Shown: positions 7,667 through 16,992 of the stretch, one piece after another
How the letters are laid out: every line of letters starts with the position of its first letter
How positions within the stretch are numbered: position 1 is the stretch's first letter
NCBI GenBank assembly: GCA_964511325.1
Contig: CAZEET010000001.1
Span: forward strand, 1-29,195
Source of the DNA: an uncultured Candidatus Bathyarchaeia archaeon
Lineage (GTDB): Archaea; Thermoproteota; Bathyarchaeia; TCS64; B23
Reading direction: 5' to 3'
DNA: 29,195 bases
Notes under the pieces: generated by a model
What the model was told of the DNA's origin: nothing
What the model saw: only the letters and a program-made list of their open reading frames with translations
The model's database searches: none
Program-made: the position numbers and the translations under genes

Positions 7667-8638
7667 TTGATTAGGAGCATGAAGCGGATATTGGTGACGG
7701 GAGCTGCTGGTCAGATAGGCTCTGAGCTGACGCCGAAGCTTCGAGAGCTCTATGGCCGAGAGAATGTAGTCGCGTCGGATATAAAGAAGCCAGGGGAGGA
7801 GCTCCTATCCTCAGGCCCCTTCGAATACCTCGACGTAACCGACGCCGAGAGCCTTAGGAGAGTGGTAGAGGAGTATGACATCGACTCCATCTTCCACCTG
7901 GCGGCGATCCTCTCAGCCAGGGGTGAACGGGATCCTCATCTCGCCTGGCACGTCAATATGAGGGGGCTCTACAACGTTTTGGAGGTGGCCCGTGAGATGG
8001 AGCTTCTTAGGGTGTTCTATCCCAGCTCCATAGCTGTCTTTAGCCCTGAAACCCCGAGGGATAGGACTCCTCAGCTCGCTGTCATGAGGCCTAGGACCAT
8101 ATATGGGGTGACGAAGCTAGCTGGAGAACTCCTCTGCGACTACTATTACGATCGCTTCGGCGTCGATGTCCGAGGGGTGAGGTATCCGGGGGTTATCAGC
8201 TATAAGACGTCCCCAGGAGGCGGGACGACAGATTATGCTGTGGAGATGTTCTATGCCGCCGTTAGAGGCGAAACCTACACCTGCTTCGTGAGGGAGGATA
8301 CGGTTCTCCCGATGATCTATATGCCCGACTGTATCAAGGCGGCGATCCAGCTTATGGAGGCTGACGCTGAGAGGCTGACGAGGCATGCGGATTATAATCT
8401 AGCCTCGATGAGCTTCTCAGCCGGTGAGCTGGCTGAGGAGATTAGAAAGCATATACCAGATTTCAAGGTGGTATACAAGCCGGATTATAGGCAGAAGATC
8501 GCCGATACATGGCCGAGGTCTATCGACGACTCAGCAGCCAGACGAGATTGGAGCTGGAAACCCAGCTACGGATTGGCTGAAATGACGAGGGATATGATCG
8601 AGAATCTGAGAAAGAGGTTGGAGGAGGGGCTTCTCTAA
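7667..8638 (+). CDS. tdh: L-threonine 3-dehydrogenase, extended-SDR (GalE-like) type
   Basis: GAAGQIG, HLAAILSA.GE, SSIAVF, YGVTK (YxxxK), RYPGVIS, PGGGTTDYAVEMF, LPMIYMPD and DTWPRSIDD, all characteristic of SDR-type TDH. Alternative start ATG 7679. Confidence 0.87.
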   Translation: MIRSMKRILVTGAAGQIGSELTPKLRELYGRENVVASDIKKPGEELLSSGPFEYLDVTDAESLRRVVEEYDIDSIFHLAAILSARGERDPHLAWHVNMRGLYNVLEVAREMELLRVFYPSSIAVFSPETPRDRTPQLAVMRPRTIYGVTKLAGELLCDYYYDRFGVDVRGVRYPGVISYKTSPGGGTTDYAVEMFYAAVRGETYTCFVREDTVLPMIYMPDCIKAAIQLMEADAERLTRHADYNLASMSFSAGELAEEIRKHIPDFKVVYKPDYRQKIADTWPRSIDDSAARRDWSWKPSYGLAEMTRDMIENLRKRLEEGLL

Positions 8639-8654
8639 CCTTTTTACCCCCACA

Positions 8655-8679
8655 TGATCTGACGGTGGTTGTCAGATCA
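8655..8679. terminator. 9-bp hairpin plus T-run at convergent tdh/larA junction
   Basis: TGATCTGAC (8655-8663), 7-nt loop, GTCAGATCA (8671-8679). TTTTT at 8641-8645. Confidence 0.4.
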
Positions 8680-9960
8680 ACTTCTCACCGTTCTCCTCGT
8701 CGGGAGTATATCACCACATTTGATGACGCCGACTTTGGCCTTCTCCCCCATCTTCTTCAAGGCCATCCTCAGGGCCTCCTCCACAGAGTCGGCGTGCTCG
8801 AAGCCTAAGGCTGCCTTATCCTCCTCGGATAGGCCGTGGGAGACGCAGATGATCTGGGCGTGCTCCCTGATCTGGGTGTGTATCATCAACGCCGCGGCGG
8901 CGACGCCATCCTCAATCTCACCATGTCTATAGGCATCTAAGACTTCGTCGTAGGTCAGCTGTCCCATCTCCCTTAGATCGCCGTGGACTGGTGAGACTCC
9001 CTCGGGGCAGGGGGCGACGAGGATGATGACGCCGCCTGGTCTGACGCCGAGGCAGGCGTAGTCCGTCGGCTTTAGGGCCTGCCAGTAGTCTATGTCAGCC
9101 GGATAGCTTGAGACCACTACGATGTCAGCCCTATGGGGTATCTCTCGGCAGTAGAGCTTCTCAGCCTCCCTGATGCCCTCCCTGAAGGCCTTTAGAGGGT
9201 GGCCTACAGCGAGGCTGCAGACTTCATCCCTCTCGTTGAGTACGGTGTTCACTATGAATCTCAGCCCCGACTTTATGGCCACCTCATCGATCATACGTCT
9301 CACCCTGTTGTCGGGGTCTCCGGCGATCTTGAAGATGGGCCTTGTCATCCCGGAGGCTATGTGAGTCTCCTCTATCGTTTTGACTCCGCAGACGCCTGGC
9401 TGGACGATCTTGCCTCCCCCAGCCCATCCGGCGTAGCAGTGGGGGACGATATTTCCGACGCCGATGACTAGATCAGCCTCATAGACCTTACGGCTGACGA
9501 CCACCTCCACGCCCATAGGGGTCTTACCGATGTCGATGAGGTCAGCCTCATCATGGCAGTCGAAGTTCCTCACCTCAACTCGGTCTAAGACCTCACCCCC
9601 AAACTTCGCCTCCATCTCGCTCTCCCTCATCGGCCTATGGGTTCCCAGAGCAACGATGACCTCCACTTGATCCTTGCTTACCCCCGCCTCCCTCAACTCG
9701 TCGAGGACTGAGGGCAGCAGCAATCTCTGAGGCGTCGGCCGTGTATAGTCGTCGACGAGTACGACAACCCGCTTAGCGTTAGAGGCCAATTCCCTTAGGG
9801 GTCTGGAGTCGACTGGCTTCCTCAAGGCCTCTCTCAGGGCTTTAGGGACGTCTCCATAGGGTTCTCTGCTCCCCCTGTCGATGATCCAGGCTAAGTTTTG
9901 TTTTGGGATCTCGAAGGAGACCTGCTCCTCCCCGTAGGGTATGGTGATCCTCATGGCCAT
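8677..9960 (-). CDS. larA: LarA-family nickel-pincer (NPN) dependent 2-hydroxyacid racemase/epimerase
   Basis: DYTRPTP, ALGTHR, PHCYAGWAGGGK, a His at the Ni-ligand position (EETH), WQALK and ILVAPCPEG. Substrate is not determinable from sequence by eye. Confidence 0.87.
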   Translation of the reverse strand: MAMRITIPYGEEQVSFEIPKQNLAWIIDRGSREPYGDVPKALREALRKPVDSRPLRELASNAKRVVVLVDDYTRPTPQRLLLPSVLDELREAGVSKDQVEVIVALGTHRPMRESEMEAKFGGEVLDRVEVRNFDCHDEADLIDIGKTPMGVEVVVSRKVYEADLVIGVGNIVPHCYAGWAGGGKIVQPGVCGVKTIEETHIASGMTRPIFKIAGDPDNRVRRMIDEVAIKSGLRFIVNTVLNERDEVCSLAVGHPLKAFREGIREAEKLYCREIPHRADIVVVSSYPADIDYWQALKPTDYACLGVRPGGVIILVAPCPEGVSPVHGDLREMGQLTYDEVLDAYRHGEIEDGVAAAALMIHTQIREHAQIICVSHGLSEEDKAALGFEHADSVEEALRMALKKMGEKAKVGVIKCGDILPTRRTVRS

Positions 9961-10976
9961 TATTCACGGGGCTTGAGGGGTCTGACCTCCCTAACCTCTG
10001 GATTCACGAGGTTTGGCGGCTCCACGCCTTTGAGGACGGAGACGAGGTTCTCAGCCGCTATCATCGCCATCTTCTTCCTCGTCTCGACGCTGGCGCTCCC
10101 GATGTGAGGCGTCAACACCACATTATCCAGCTCCAATAGTGGATCATCCGGATCAATGGGTTCCTTCTCGAAGACGTCTAGGGCTGCTCCAGCTATCCTC
10201 CGCTCCTTCAGGGCCTTATAGAGAGCCTTCTGATCGATGACGGCTCCCCTGGAGGTGTTTATGAGATAGGCCGTAGGCTTCATCAGGTCGAGCTCCCTCT
10301 CCCCGATGAGATGATAGGTCTCCTTAGTCAGGGGAACGTGGAGAGTTACATAATCCGCCTCCTTGAGGAGCTCCTCAAGAGGCTTGTATTCTAAGCCCAG
10401 CTCCCTCTCCAGGTCTTCCCTCCTGAAGACGTCGTAGTAGATGACCCTCATGTTGAAGCCCTTAGCCCTCCTCGCAACCGCCGATCCAATCCTGCCGAGG
10501 CCGACGATGCCTAGGGTTTTTCCATGGACATCGGAGCCCAGCATCATCTTCGGCCCCCAGGCGTGAACCCATCGCCCAGCCCTCACATACTTGTCAGCCT
10601 CCACCACCCTCCTGGCTATGGCCATGAGGATAGCCCAGGCTAGGTCAGCCGTCGTCTCCGTCAACACACCTGGAGTATTGGTGACGTAGATGCCCCTCTT
10701 CGTCGCCACCTCCACATCTATGTTGTCATACCCCACGGCATAGTTGCTAATGACCTTCAACCGCTCACCAGCCTCGATGATCCTCGCGTCAATCTTATCG
10801 GTGAGAAGGCAGAGGAGACCATCAATATCCCTCACCTTCTCTAGGATAAGATCATAGGGCGCCGGCTCCTCCTCACTCTCATATACCTCCACATCGGCAT
10901 ACTCCTCGATAAGGCTGATAGCCTCATCGAAGAGCTTCCTGGTTACAAAGACCTTAGCCCTCGCCAAACACTCCAC
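9960..10976 (-). CDS. gyaR: D-2-hydroxyacid dehydrogenase, glyoxylate/hydroxypyruvate reductase type
   Basis: AVGYDNID, NTPGVLTETTAD, GLGRIG, NTSRG, DVFEKEP and PHIGSA. Shares one base with the larA start. Confidence 0.9.
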   Translation of the reverse strand: MECLARAKVFVTRKLFDEAISLIEEYADVEVYESEEEPAPYDLILEKVRDIDGLLCLLTDKIDARIIEAGERLKVISNYAVGYDNIDVEVATKRGIYVTNTPGVLTETTADLAWAILMAIARRVVEADKYVRAGRWVHAWGPKMMLGSDVHGKTLGIVGLGRIGSAVARRAKGFNMRVIYYDVFRREDLERELGLEYKPLEELLKEADYVTLHVPLTKETYHLIGERELDLMKPTAYLINTSRGAVIDQKALYKALKERRIAGAALDVFEKEPIDPDDPLLELDNVVLTPHIGSASVETRKKMAMIAAENLVSVLKGVEPPNLVNPEVREVRPLKPRE

Positions 10977-11056
10977 CAGGGATAAATGATCGCTATCTGG
11001 ATTTAACAGATTCGGGAGGGGGCTTACGGGGCGTAAAGGTAATATTCAGAAATTTT

Positions 11057-11782
11057 TTGAATATTGTATCCATGGCAAAATCAATAAAATCTAACATGGA
11101 GCGCCATCACCTCGATGAGAAGCTCTTCGACAGACTCTTCGAAGTTCATCTAAGGCCGCTGAGAAGTCGGATGGCGAGGGCCATATACAGGATCTTCTTG
11201 GAGAATAGACAGTATCCATATCTAACAACGCTGGAGATTCAGGAGGAGTTGGATAGAAGGGGGATAGAGCTGGATAAGAGGGAGATAAACGCCTGGCTTA
11301 AGGGCCTACTGAAGGCTGGCCTAATAGAACGGGGGGAGAGGCGAAGACCCGCGAGGAAAGACTATCGGGGGAGATACACCTACCTAACCTGGAGGCTTAC
11401 ATCCCTTGGGGAGAGGATCGCGAAGAGGATCAGCCTCCTAATCGAGGAGAGAACCACACCCACTCTAACCCAACTCAACGGGGAGGAGACGCAGAGACTG
11501 TTGAAGCTCTCCCTCACCCTCCGCATATTGAAGGCCCTCCACCTTAAAGATGGCTGGATAAATCTACGAGACCTTCTGGGACAGGTAAACCCAGAGAGGG
11601 AGGAGGTGGAGAAGGCGATAAATAGATGCATCGAAGAGCTGGGGGTCATAGAGGCTAGGGAGGCTGGTGGAACCCTCAGCCGAATATTGAGACTTCTCGG
11701 CATAAGGCAGAGGGAATTCAGGTTAACCGAGGGAGGAAGAGAGATCGCGGAGCGGCTCTTCGAAGCGTCAAAGGAGGGATAG
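11057..11782 (+). CDS. Hypothetical protein with two winged-helix-like repeats
   Basis: Two segments ending in the wing-turn signature (WRLTSLGERIA and FRLTEGGREIA), each preceded by L..LL.AGLIE or ..LGVIE helices. Start may be ATG 11072 or 11096. Confidence 0.75.
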   Translation: MNIVSMAKSIKSNMERHHLDEKLFDRLFEVHLRPLRSRMARAIYRIFLENRQYPYLTTLEIQEELDRRGIELDKREINAWLKGLLKAGLIERGERRRPARKDYRGRYTYLTWRLTSLGERIAKRISLLIEERTTPTLTQLNGEETQRLLKLSLTLRILKALHLKDGWINLRDLLGQVNPEREEVEKAINRCIEELGVIEAREAGGTLSRILRLLGIRQREFRLTEGGREIAERLFEASKEG

Positions 11783-11940
11783 AAAACATATCCAAATCCT
11801 CGAAACCCCTTAATTCATGAAGCCTCCAAGATTTCCCCGGCCTCTTCCTGGGAAGATTTTTAAAGTCTTAGCCGAGATAGATGGAATTCATATCCATAAT
11901 TACCCTCTCAGCAGATGCCGTAAGGGAATAATGGACAGGG

Positions 11941-12735
11941 TTATTGTCCAAGTTTCAGGGGCTTCGCCGTCTTCCATAGGTGGTTAAAATAGATCTTCGC
12001 TATATTGGTCAATCCCTTATGGTCTGAGGCGATGGCGAGGCGTCCACCTGGGGTGGTGTCTAGTATCAGCAGCGTCTCAGCCCCATCCGCTATGATGCCG
12101 CCGCCGAACATCTCATCTCTAATCCTAACCTCATCGAAGAAATGATGGATGTATTCTCCGAGCTTTGAGATAGCCTCCATCGTCGTCAATAGGAGCATTC
12201 TCACTCCCCTATTCCTCACCAGGCTGAGGGAGGTTGAGAGCGGCATCAGAAGTTTCTCATCAACCGCTGGGAGGGCGATCATCAGCTCTCTCCTCACCTC
12301 CTCCACCATCCTCTGGAGGCTGGAGAGGATGTTATCTAGGCCCCTGATGATCCAGACCTCAGGGCGCTCTCTCAGTCCTCTACCCTCATAGATGGGTTGA
12401 AGCTCCTCGAGGATGATGCTTCGATGCTCCTCGAAGCGCCTCTCCCGCCTAATCCGCTCAACCCTCAAGGCTTCCAGGGGAGATTTTGGGTAATATACCC
12501 TGGGCCTCCCACCACTCACCTCGATCCATCCTCTTCTCCTCAGGGACTCCAGAACCCCATAGACCCTGGAGTAAGGGATCGATGCCTTCTCGCTGAGTTC
12601 CAGGGCCGTTAAGCTTCCATGCTGTAGGAGGGTGACATAGGCTAAGGCCTCATACTCCGTGAAGCCCAAACCTCTAAGCGCTCTAAGGGATCTCTCACCC
12701 GCTATGGGTTTCAACCTCTCAACACTATTCCCCAT
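11941..12735 (-). CDS. TrmB-family transcriptional regulator (HTH plus effector-binding domain)
   Basis: LGFTEYEA.AY..LL, IPYSRVYGVLESL..RGWIE, GRP.VY. C-terminal PLD-like sensor domain (GGIIADGAETL). Confidence 0.92.
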   Translation of the reverse strand: MGNSVERLKPIAGERSLRALRGLGFTEYEALAYVTLLQHGSLTALELSEKASIPYSRVYGVLESLRRRGWIEVSGGRPRVYYPKSPLEALRVERIRRERRFEEHRSIILEELQPIYEGRGLRERPEVWIIRGLDNILSSLQRMVEEVRRELMIALPAVDEKLLMPLSTSLSLVRNRGVRMLLLTTMEAISKLGEYIHHFFDEVRIRDEMFGGGIIADGAETLLILDTTPGGRLAIASDHKGLTNIAKIYFNHLWKTAKPLKLGQ

Positions 12736-12819
12736 TAGATTTTAAAGGGTTCTCACACCAAGTTGAGGAGGAGTTTTCGGATAACCTTAAAATAAATTCG
12801 TCGAGGAATCTTCAGCCGT

Positions 12820-14340
12820 ATGAACTTCATCAAGGAGACGAAGAGCCTCTGCCCTGAATGCCTGAAGGTGCTGTCAGCCACCATCTATGAAGAGGGGGGG
12901 AAGGTCTACATAAGGAAGACATGCCCAGAACACGGCGAGTGGACGGACCTCTATTGGGGAGACTACGAGCAGTATATGAGGGTTTTAAAGTATGAGCATC
13001 TCGGCAGGAAGCTGGACAATCCAAGAACCGAGACGAAGCTCGGCTGCCCCTACGACTGCGGCCTCTGCCCAGAGCACAACTCCCATACGGTTCTAGGCAT
13101 CATCGACGTCACAAACCGATGTAACCTCAGATGCCCCATCTGCTTCGCCCACGCTGGGGCGGCTGGATATCTCTACGAGCCGAGTTATGAGGAGATAGAG
13201 GATATGCTCAGAAGTCTTCGGGAGAACCGCCCGGTTCCCACTCCGGCCCTCCAATTCAGCGGCGGCGAACCAACGGTGAGGGAGGATCTCCCCGATCTAG
13301 TGAGACTTGCTAAGAGACTTGGCTTTAACCATGTTGAGGTAAACACGAATGGGATACTACTAGCTGAGAGCGTCGACTACTGCAAGGAGCTCCTCGATGC
13401 CGGCGTTGATACCTTCTACCTCCAATTTGACGGCGTCTCCCCGAAGCCCTATCTTGCGGCTAGGGGCTTCAATCTCTTTGAGATCAAGGTTAAGGCCCTT
13501 CAGAATCTGAGGGAGGCGGGATGCAGGAGCGTCGTCCTCGTGCCGACGCTAGTCGGAGGGGTAAATGACCAAGAGATCGGCGACATAATCCACTTCGCCA
13601 TAGAGAACAGGGACATTGTCCGATGTGTAAACTTCCAGCCGGTTTCCATCACCGGAAGGATCAATCGCAGAGAGAGGGAGAAAATGAGGATAACCATCCC
13701 AGATTTGATGAGGTTAGCTGAGGAGCAGACGGAGGGCCTCATCAAGCGGGAAGATTGGTATCCCGTGCCGACAGTCGTTCCCTTCTCTAGGTTCGTAGGA
13801 AAGCTGAAGGATCGCCATTACGTCGACTTCAGCGCCCATCCCCACTGCGGGATGGCCACCTACCTCGTCGCCGGAGGGGATAAAGTTGAGCCGATCACCC
13901 GCCATCTGAACGTCGACGGTTTCCTAAAGGCCTTAGAGACGGCCTCAAGACTGGTGGATGAGGGACATAGCACGAGGGCGAAGATGACTATAGCCGCCGC
14001 GGCCATAAGGAATATCAGCTTCGGAATGCTCAGGAGATTTCTCCTCCCCATCATCTGGAAGGGAGACTACAGGAGCCTCGGAGACCTCCATCATAGACTC
14101 ATAATGATTGGAGCGATGCACTTCATGGATCCCTATAACTTCGACCTAGAACGCGTGAACCGCTGCGTCATCCACTATGCCGTCCCAGATGGGCGCATCA
14201 TACCCTTCTGCACCATGAATACGCTGCATAGGAAGGCCGTTGAGAAGAAGTTCGCTCAACCTCTCGACGAATCGAGGATCACGCCCCTATACGATGTGGA
14301 GTCACTGAGAAAGAAAATATTGAGGGAGATGAAGGCCTAA
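12820..14340 (+). CDS. tes: Tetraether lipid synthase Tes / GDGT-macrocyclic archaeol synthase (MJ0619-like radical SAM)
   Basis: CPEC..CPEH N-terminal metal site, [11 protein letters not shown] auxiliary cluster, radical-SAM [28 protein letters not shown], and [26 protein letters not shown]. Confidence 0.92.
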   Translation: MNFIKETKSLCPECLKVLSATIYEEGGKVYIRKTCPEHGEWTDLYWGDYEQYMRVLKYEHLGRKLDNPRTETKLGCPYDCGLCPEHNSHTVLGIIDVTNRCNLRCPICFAHAGAAGYLYEPSYEEIEDMLRSLRENRPVPTPALQFSGGEPTVREDLPDLVRLAKRLGFNHVEVNTNGILLAESVDYCKELLDAGVDTFYLQFDGVSPKPYLAARGFNLFEIKVKALQNLREAGCRSVVLVPTLVGGVNDQEIGDIIHFAIENRDIVRCVNFQPVSITGRINRREREKMRITIPDLMRLAEEQTEGLIKREDWYPVPTVVPFSRFVGKLKDRHYVDFSAHPHCGMATYLVAGGDKVEPITRHLNVDGFLKALETASRLVDEGHSTRAKMTIAAAAIRNISFGMLRRFLLPIIWKGDYRSLGDLHHRLIMIGAMHFMDPYNFDLERVNRCVIHYAVPDGRIIPFCTMNTLHRKAVEKKFAQPLDESRITPLYDVESLRKKILREMKA

Positions 14341-16019
14341 AGCATCACCGCCCCCCTATTGGCGGAGGAGACGAGGCGAGAGTATCTAGCTAAATAACCC
14401 CTCTTAACTCGAGCCTCGGGGGGAGTCCAACGTCGACGACGCCTCTCAAGTTCCTCCTCTGAGACCTCTAGATCAAGCCTTCGCTTCTCCACATCCAGCA
14501 CTATTCGATCTCCATCCTCCACCAGGGCGATAGGCCCTCCCTCAGCGGCCTCGGGTGATATATGCCCGATGCAAGGCCCCCTCGTCGCCCCCGAGAAGCG
14601 CCCATCCGTGGCGAGAGCCACAGACCTATCAAGGCCAGAACCCACCAGCGCTGCGGTGGCCATCAACATCTCCCTCATCCCAGGCCCACCCTTCGGCCCC
14701 TCGTAACGGATGATGATGAAGTCTCCCTCCTCAATGCTACCCTCCTTAATCCCCTTAACAGCCTCCTCCTCACGGTTAAAGACCCTCGCCGAGCCCTCAA
14801 ACCTCCACATCTCCCTGGGGAGAGCAGCGATCTTTATGACGCAGCCATCGGGAGCGAGGCTGCCGTGGAGGACGGCGATTCCTCCCTCCCTATGCACGGG
14901 GTCATCCCTCGGCCTTATCACCTCCCTATTCCACACCCTCGCCCGAGTCGTGATCTCGGAGACTCGCATACCTGAGACGGTCTGGCAGCTTCCGTCGATG
15001 AGGTCCCCTAGCTCCCTCATCACAGCGGGGATTCCACCGGCTAGGTGGAGATCCTTAATCTTATAGGGTCCCGCTGGTGCCATGTTGCAGAGATGCGGAG
15101 TCCTACGGCTTATCTCATCGAAGATATCCAAGCCTAGGTCTACGCCTAGCTCATGCGCTATAGCCGGTAGATGGAGCACCGTGTTCGTCGAGCCTCCCAG
15201 GGCCATATCTACAGCTATGGCGTTTCTAAAGGCCTCCTCCGTCATGATGTCGCTGGGCTTCACATCCTCCCTTAAGAGCTCCATGATCTGTCTTCCAGTC
15301 TCGACAGCAAGCCTGAAGCGCTCCGAGCTCATCGCTGGGGCCGTCGCCATATAGGGAAGGGCCATTCCCATGGCCTCTATCAGGCACTGCATCGAGTTGG
15401 CCGTGAACATACCTCCACAGGCCCCGGGGCCGCCGCAACAGATGTCCTCCAGATATTTAAACTCCTCCATGGTTATCTCGCCGCTTCTAATCAGACTCTC
15501 AGCCTCCAGGAGATTCTGAATCGTGATGGAGCATCCCTCAAATCTCCCCCACCTCGGGTATCCCGGCTCCATGGGGCCTCCCAGGCAGAAGATGGTGGGG
15601 ATGTCAAGTCTAGCGGCGGCCATCATCATCCCGGGGTCTATCTTATCGCAGGTGGTGAGACAGATCATGGCGTCGAAGCCATGAGCCTCGATCATCACCT
15701 CAATCGAGTCGGCGATGAGCTCCCTGCTGGGCAGGGACATCCTCATTCCCTCATGCCCCATGGCTATACCATCACAGACGGCGATGGTGTTAAACTCCAG
15801 CGGCATCCCACCGGCCTCTAAGACCCCCCTCTTAACTATCTCCGCTAAGAGGTTGAGGTGGAAGTGACCTGGGACAATCTCATTCCAAGAGTTAACTATG
15901 GCGATGAGAGGTCTCTTCAGCTCCTCGTCGGTGAGGCCGACGCCCTTTAACAGCGATCTATGGATGCTCCTCCCGGGGCCGTCTAGGACCCTGCTGCTCC
16001 TCCATCTGGGGCCACTCAT
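14337..16019 (-). CDS. ilvD: Dihydroxy-acid dehydratase
   Basis: [55 protein letters not shown] and TDGRFSG. Confidence 0.96.
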   Translation of the reverse strand: MSGPRWRSSRVLDGPGRSIHRSLLKGVGLTDEELKRPLIAIVNSWNEIVPGHFHLNLLAEIVKRGVLEAGGMPLEFNTIAVCDGIAMGHEGMRMSLPSRELIADSIEVMIEAHGFDAMICLTTCDKIDPGMMMAAARLDIPTIFCLGGPMEPGYPRWGRFEGCSITIQNLLEAESLIRSGEITMEEFKYLEDICCGGPGACGGMFTANSMQCLIEAMGMALPYMATAPAMSSERFRLAVETGRQIMELLREDVKPSDIMTEEAFRNAIAVDMALGGSTNTVLHLPAIAHELGVDLGLDIFDEISRRTPHLCNMAPAGPYKIKDLHLAGGIPAVMRELGDLIDGSCQTVSGMRVSEITTRARVWNREVIRPRDDPVHREGGIAVLHGSLAPDGCVIKIAALPREMWRFEGSARVFNREEEAVKGIKEGSIEEGDFIIIRYEGPKGGPGMREMLMATAALVGSGLDRSVALATDGRFSGATRGPCIGHISPEAAEGGPIALVEDGDRIVLDVEKRRLDLEVSEEELERRRRRWTPPEARVKRGYLARYSRLVSSANRGAVML

Positions 16020-16089
16020 ATTTCTTGAGGTGAGGATAAGGGTTTAAAACGATTTCCAGCCTCGCAATACATGACTGAGGCTGTCTGAG

Positions 16090-16689
16090 ATGCCCCCTCC
16101 CACCTCTTTGTCTCAAAATTTTGAGACAAAAGGGGGTCTAAAGGAGAAGAGGCGTATAATGGAGGGCTTTAACAGCATGGGTGGAGGCCTCTACGAGGCC
16201 CTATATGGAGGAGAGCAAGAGGAGAAGTATGCAGCCTTCCTCCCCCATCTGGGGAGGCTGGAAGGCATAGCCCTAGACGACGGCTGTGGAACCGGCCTCC
16301 TCCTGGAGAGGCTTGGGATAGAGGTCGTCGGCCTCGACTTCTCAGCCTCCCTTATCTCAACGGCCCGACGGAAGAGACTGAAGGGGGGACATCTAATCCT
16401 GGGAGACGCTGAGAACCTCCCCTTCAGGAAGGGTGTCTATCGATACATCTTCGCCATAACCCTCATCAACAACACACCAGATCCCATGAGAGCCCTGAAG
16501 GAGATGGTGAGGGTCTCCAGAGCTGAGGGGAGACTTGTCATAACGGCTCTGAAGAAGGCCTTCACCCGTGAGGACTTCCTACAACTCCTTAAAGACTCGG
16601 GTCTCACAACCCTGATCACGCCGGGAAACGAGGATTTGAGGGATTGGGTCGCCATAGCGGCTCCTGAAGGTAGCCGAAGAAAGCTTTAA
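16090..16689 (+). CDS. Class I SAM-dependent methyltransferase
   Basis: LDDGCGTG (motif I), VGLDFS, GDAENLPF. Start uncertain (16090, 16108, 16159 or 16177). Confidence 0.85.
   Translation: MPPPTSLSQNFETKGGLKEKRRIMEGFNSMGGGLYEALYGGEQEEKYAAFLPHLGRLEGIALDDGCGTGLLLERLGIEVVGLDFSASLISTARRKRLKGGHLILGDAENLPFRKGVYRYIFAITLINNTPDPMRALKEMVRVSRAEGRLVITALKKAFTREDFLQLLKDSGLTTLITPGNEDLRDWVAIAAPEGSRRKL
16107..16130. promoter_or_regulatory. Perfect 24-bp palindrome TTTGTCTCAAAATTTTGAGACAAA, second copy of the GTCTCA-N6-TGAGAC motif
   Basis: Exact reverse-complement symmetry. Lies between the divergent ilvD and the methyltransferase core. Confidence 0.75.
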
Positions 16690-16696
16690 AGGGGAA

Positions 16697-16990
16697 GTGA
16701 GGGGGTCATATACGGGGCCTCCCGTGCCGAGCTTAGAGCCAAGTAAGAAGCCCCTAAACGTCCTGATCAAGAGCGTGGGGAGTAACGTCGTCGTCTGCCT
16801 TAAGAGCAGAGACACCTACTGGGGTAGGATGATCAAGGCGGATGGCTACATGAACGTTCTACTAGAAGGAGCCAAGGAGTATAACAGCGAGGGAGTTGTC
16901 ACAAACTATGGAAACGTCTTCATCAGAGGCAACAACATCCTCTACATCAGCATTGAGCCGACGAATCCACCGAAGCCGAAGGTGGAGTGA
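16697..16990 (+). CDS. Sm/Lsm-like archaeal protein (SmAP)
   Basis: KPLNVL, Sm1 Y.GR...DGYMNVLL, Sm2 YGNVFIRGNNILYI. TTTAAA at 16685-16690 favours the GTG 16724 start. Confidence 0.92.
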   Translation: MRGSYTGPPVPSLEPSKKPLNVLIKSVGSNVVVCLKSRDTYWGRMIKADGYMNVLLEGAKEYNSEGVVTNYGNVFIRGNNILYISIEPTNPPKPKVE

Positions 16991-16992
16991 CG

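Noticed and set aside
12820-14340. Annotation as methanopterin (hydroxymethylpterin) dimethyltransferase
   Set aside because: This is the older assignment for the MJ0619 family, superseded by the demonstrated GDGT synthase activity, so it was not used as support for the methanopterin hypothesis.
4245-16130. The two palindromes as Xer/dif-like or integrase sites bounding an 11.9-kb element
   Set aside because: The 11+6+11 geometry fits tyrosine-recombinase sites. However, the arms lack the inner TAA/TTA of dif, the spacers differ (AATTTC vs AAATTT), no recombinase is present and the enclosed genes are housekeeping.
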